Positions 62,832 through 64,000 of a stretch of DNA of 64,000 nucleotides are shown here, in pieces. The notes below the pieces were generated by a model, which saw only the letters and a list, made by a program, of their open reading frames with translations, was not told the origin of the DNA and did no database searches. The stretch lies in NCBI GenBank assembly GCA_963745075.1, contig CAVUWV010000008.1, forward strand, positions 288,001-352,000, written 5' to 3'. This DNA is from Candidatus Hydrogenedentota bacterium. Its GTDB lineage: Bacteria > Hydrogenedentota > Hydrogenedentia > Hydrogenedentales > SLHB01. Position numbers and translations under genes: made by a program. Within the stretch, counting starts at the first letter, position 1; each line of letters starts with the position of its first letter.

Positions 62832-63515
62832 TTACTCCGCATGCCCGTTCAAGAGGTCGACCAGCTCGCTGCGTTCAAAGTGTTGGGCGATAGCGAGGGG
62901 CGTGCGGCCTTCGGCATCTTCCGTGTTGGGATTGGCCTTATGCTCCAGGAGAAGTTGCACCAGCCCCGCGTTGTGACCCCCGGCCGCAATGTGGAGAGGC
63001 GTCATGCCATTTGTTTGCGCCGCGTTAACGTCCGCGTCGTGGTCTAGAAAGTACGCGGCCATATCGTATTGTCCCGACGCACACGCGGCATGAAGCGGCG
63101 TGTTGCCCGGCGCGAGGCTGTCGTCTTTCGACACCGCATTGACGTCCGCCCCGTTGTCCAGCAACAATTCCGCAATTTTCCGGCGGTTAAAATGCGCGGC
63201 GAGATGGAGGGCCGTCCACCCGTCATGCGAATAGGCCTTGGCAAGGTCCGGCGATTCCTTCAACAGTTCCTTGACCCGATCCGTGTCGCCCAACACCGTC
63301 GATTCGAAAATGTCGGGTTCCGCGCCGTTGTCGAGCAGCAGGTTGACAATATCGTCGTGTCCGCGGTACGCGGCAAACAACAACGGCGAATCGCCTTTCT
63401 CGTTGCGCGCCTTGACCAGATCGGGATCGTCACGCAGCAACTCCGCCAGCCGCGGCGCATCGCCGTTCGCAATGGTCTGAAACGGTTCCTCGATTTTGGG
63501 CGTTGGATTCGTCAT
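62832..63515 (-). CDS. Ankyrin repeat protein
   Basis: GDSPLLFAA, GWTALHLAA, GNTPLHAA, GMTPLHIAA, GRTPLAIA. Confidence 0.95.
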   Translation of the reverse strand: MTNPTPKIEEPFQTIANGDAPRLAELLRDDPDLVKARNEKGDSPLLFAAYRGHDDIVNLLLDNGAEPDIFESTVLGDTDRVKELLKESPDLAKAYSHDGWTALHLAAHFNRRKIAELLLDNGADVNAVSKDDSLAPGNTPLHAACASGQYDMAAYFLDHDADVNAAQTNGMTPLHIAAGGHNAGLVQLLLEHKANPNTEDAEGRTPLAIAQHFERSELVDLLNGHAE

Positions 63516-63609
63516 AACAGGTACTCGCAGCTAGGTGCATTTGACCACTGCATTATGAAGGGTGCGCGCCGGCGTAGCAAGCCGGGCGCGGCAACCAAAC
63601 GAAACAAGT

Positions 63610-63761
63610 CACAGCCGGGGCGGCTGTGCCACACGTCCAATTGGCAAGACGGAGTTTCGAGTCAATCCTTCGGAAGTTCTGTCTGGTTCCTGGACTTCGA
63701 ATAGTTATCCGAGAACCGAGTGTCTGGGCGAGCGAGTGTGGCACAGCCGCCCTCGGCTGTG
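63610..63761. repeat. REP doublet, family A
   Basis: Copies at 63610-63634 (1-nt deletion) and 63736-63761, inverted. Confidence 0.85.
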
Positions 63762-63817
63762 TCCTTTCGTATGGCAACGGTAGTTGGAGGTCCTCATTGT
63801 GCCTCGGCGACTTTGCG

Positions 63818-64000
63818 TTACTCCTTCCCGGCTACATCATCCGGAGCAACCGCCCGCACCGAACTCCCCGACAGAATCTCTACCTGGATCTCCACCGGCG
63901 TATCCGTACCCGCAGCAACGTCAACGGACTTCACGGGTTGCGTGCCGCTACGCGTGCCGAGCGAATAGACCTGATCCCGCAACCGCGAGAACCGGAACCG
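63818..64000 (-). CDS. 3' end of a CDS entering from beyond the window
   Basis: Open frame RFRFSRLRDQVYSLG...VAGKE ending in TAA at 63818-63820. Confidence 0.55.
   Translation of the reverse strand, partial: RFRFSRLRDQVYSLGTRSGTQPVKSVDVAAGTDTPVEIQVEILSGSSVRAVAPDDVAGKE

Overview
GC-rich bacterial chromosomal segment from a diderm (it has lpxH, an AsmA-like gene and lipoproteins). Gene content and repeat style suggest a Hydrogenedentes/PVC-like lineage, which is inference only. Housekeeping loci are metG, rpsF-ssb-rpsR-DUF2232-rplI-dnaB, dapA/dapB, queC and lepB-lpxH. They are interleaved with carbohydrate/ester/sulfate-scavenging enzymes, a Ni/Co ECF transporter operon with a NikR-like operator, an ECF sigma/anti-sigma locus and several families of short intergenic inverted repeats (REP doublets, a MITE with TAA duplication). 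The best candidates for undescribed systems are: (1) an intact orphan terminase small/large-subunit pair with no other phage gene in 64 kb; (2) a DnaA/Hda-type ATPase fused to a ~700-aa coiled coil; (3) a coupled RecQ-phosphoribosyltransferase + DprA pair; (4) a two-gene module with an ADP-ribosyltransferase-like protein after metG. Six single-base frameshifts in otherwise intact genes are most likely sequencing errors.
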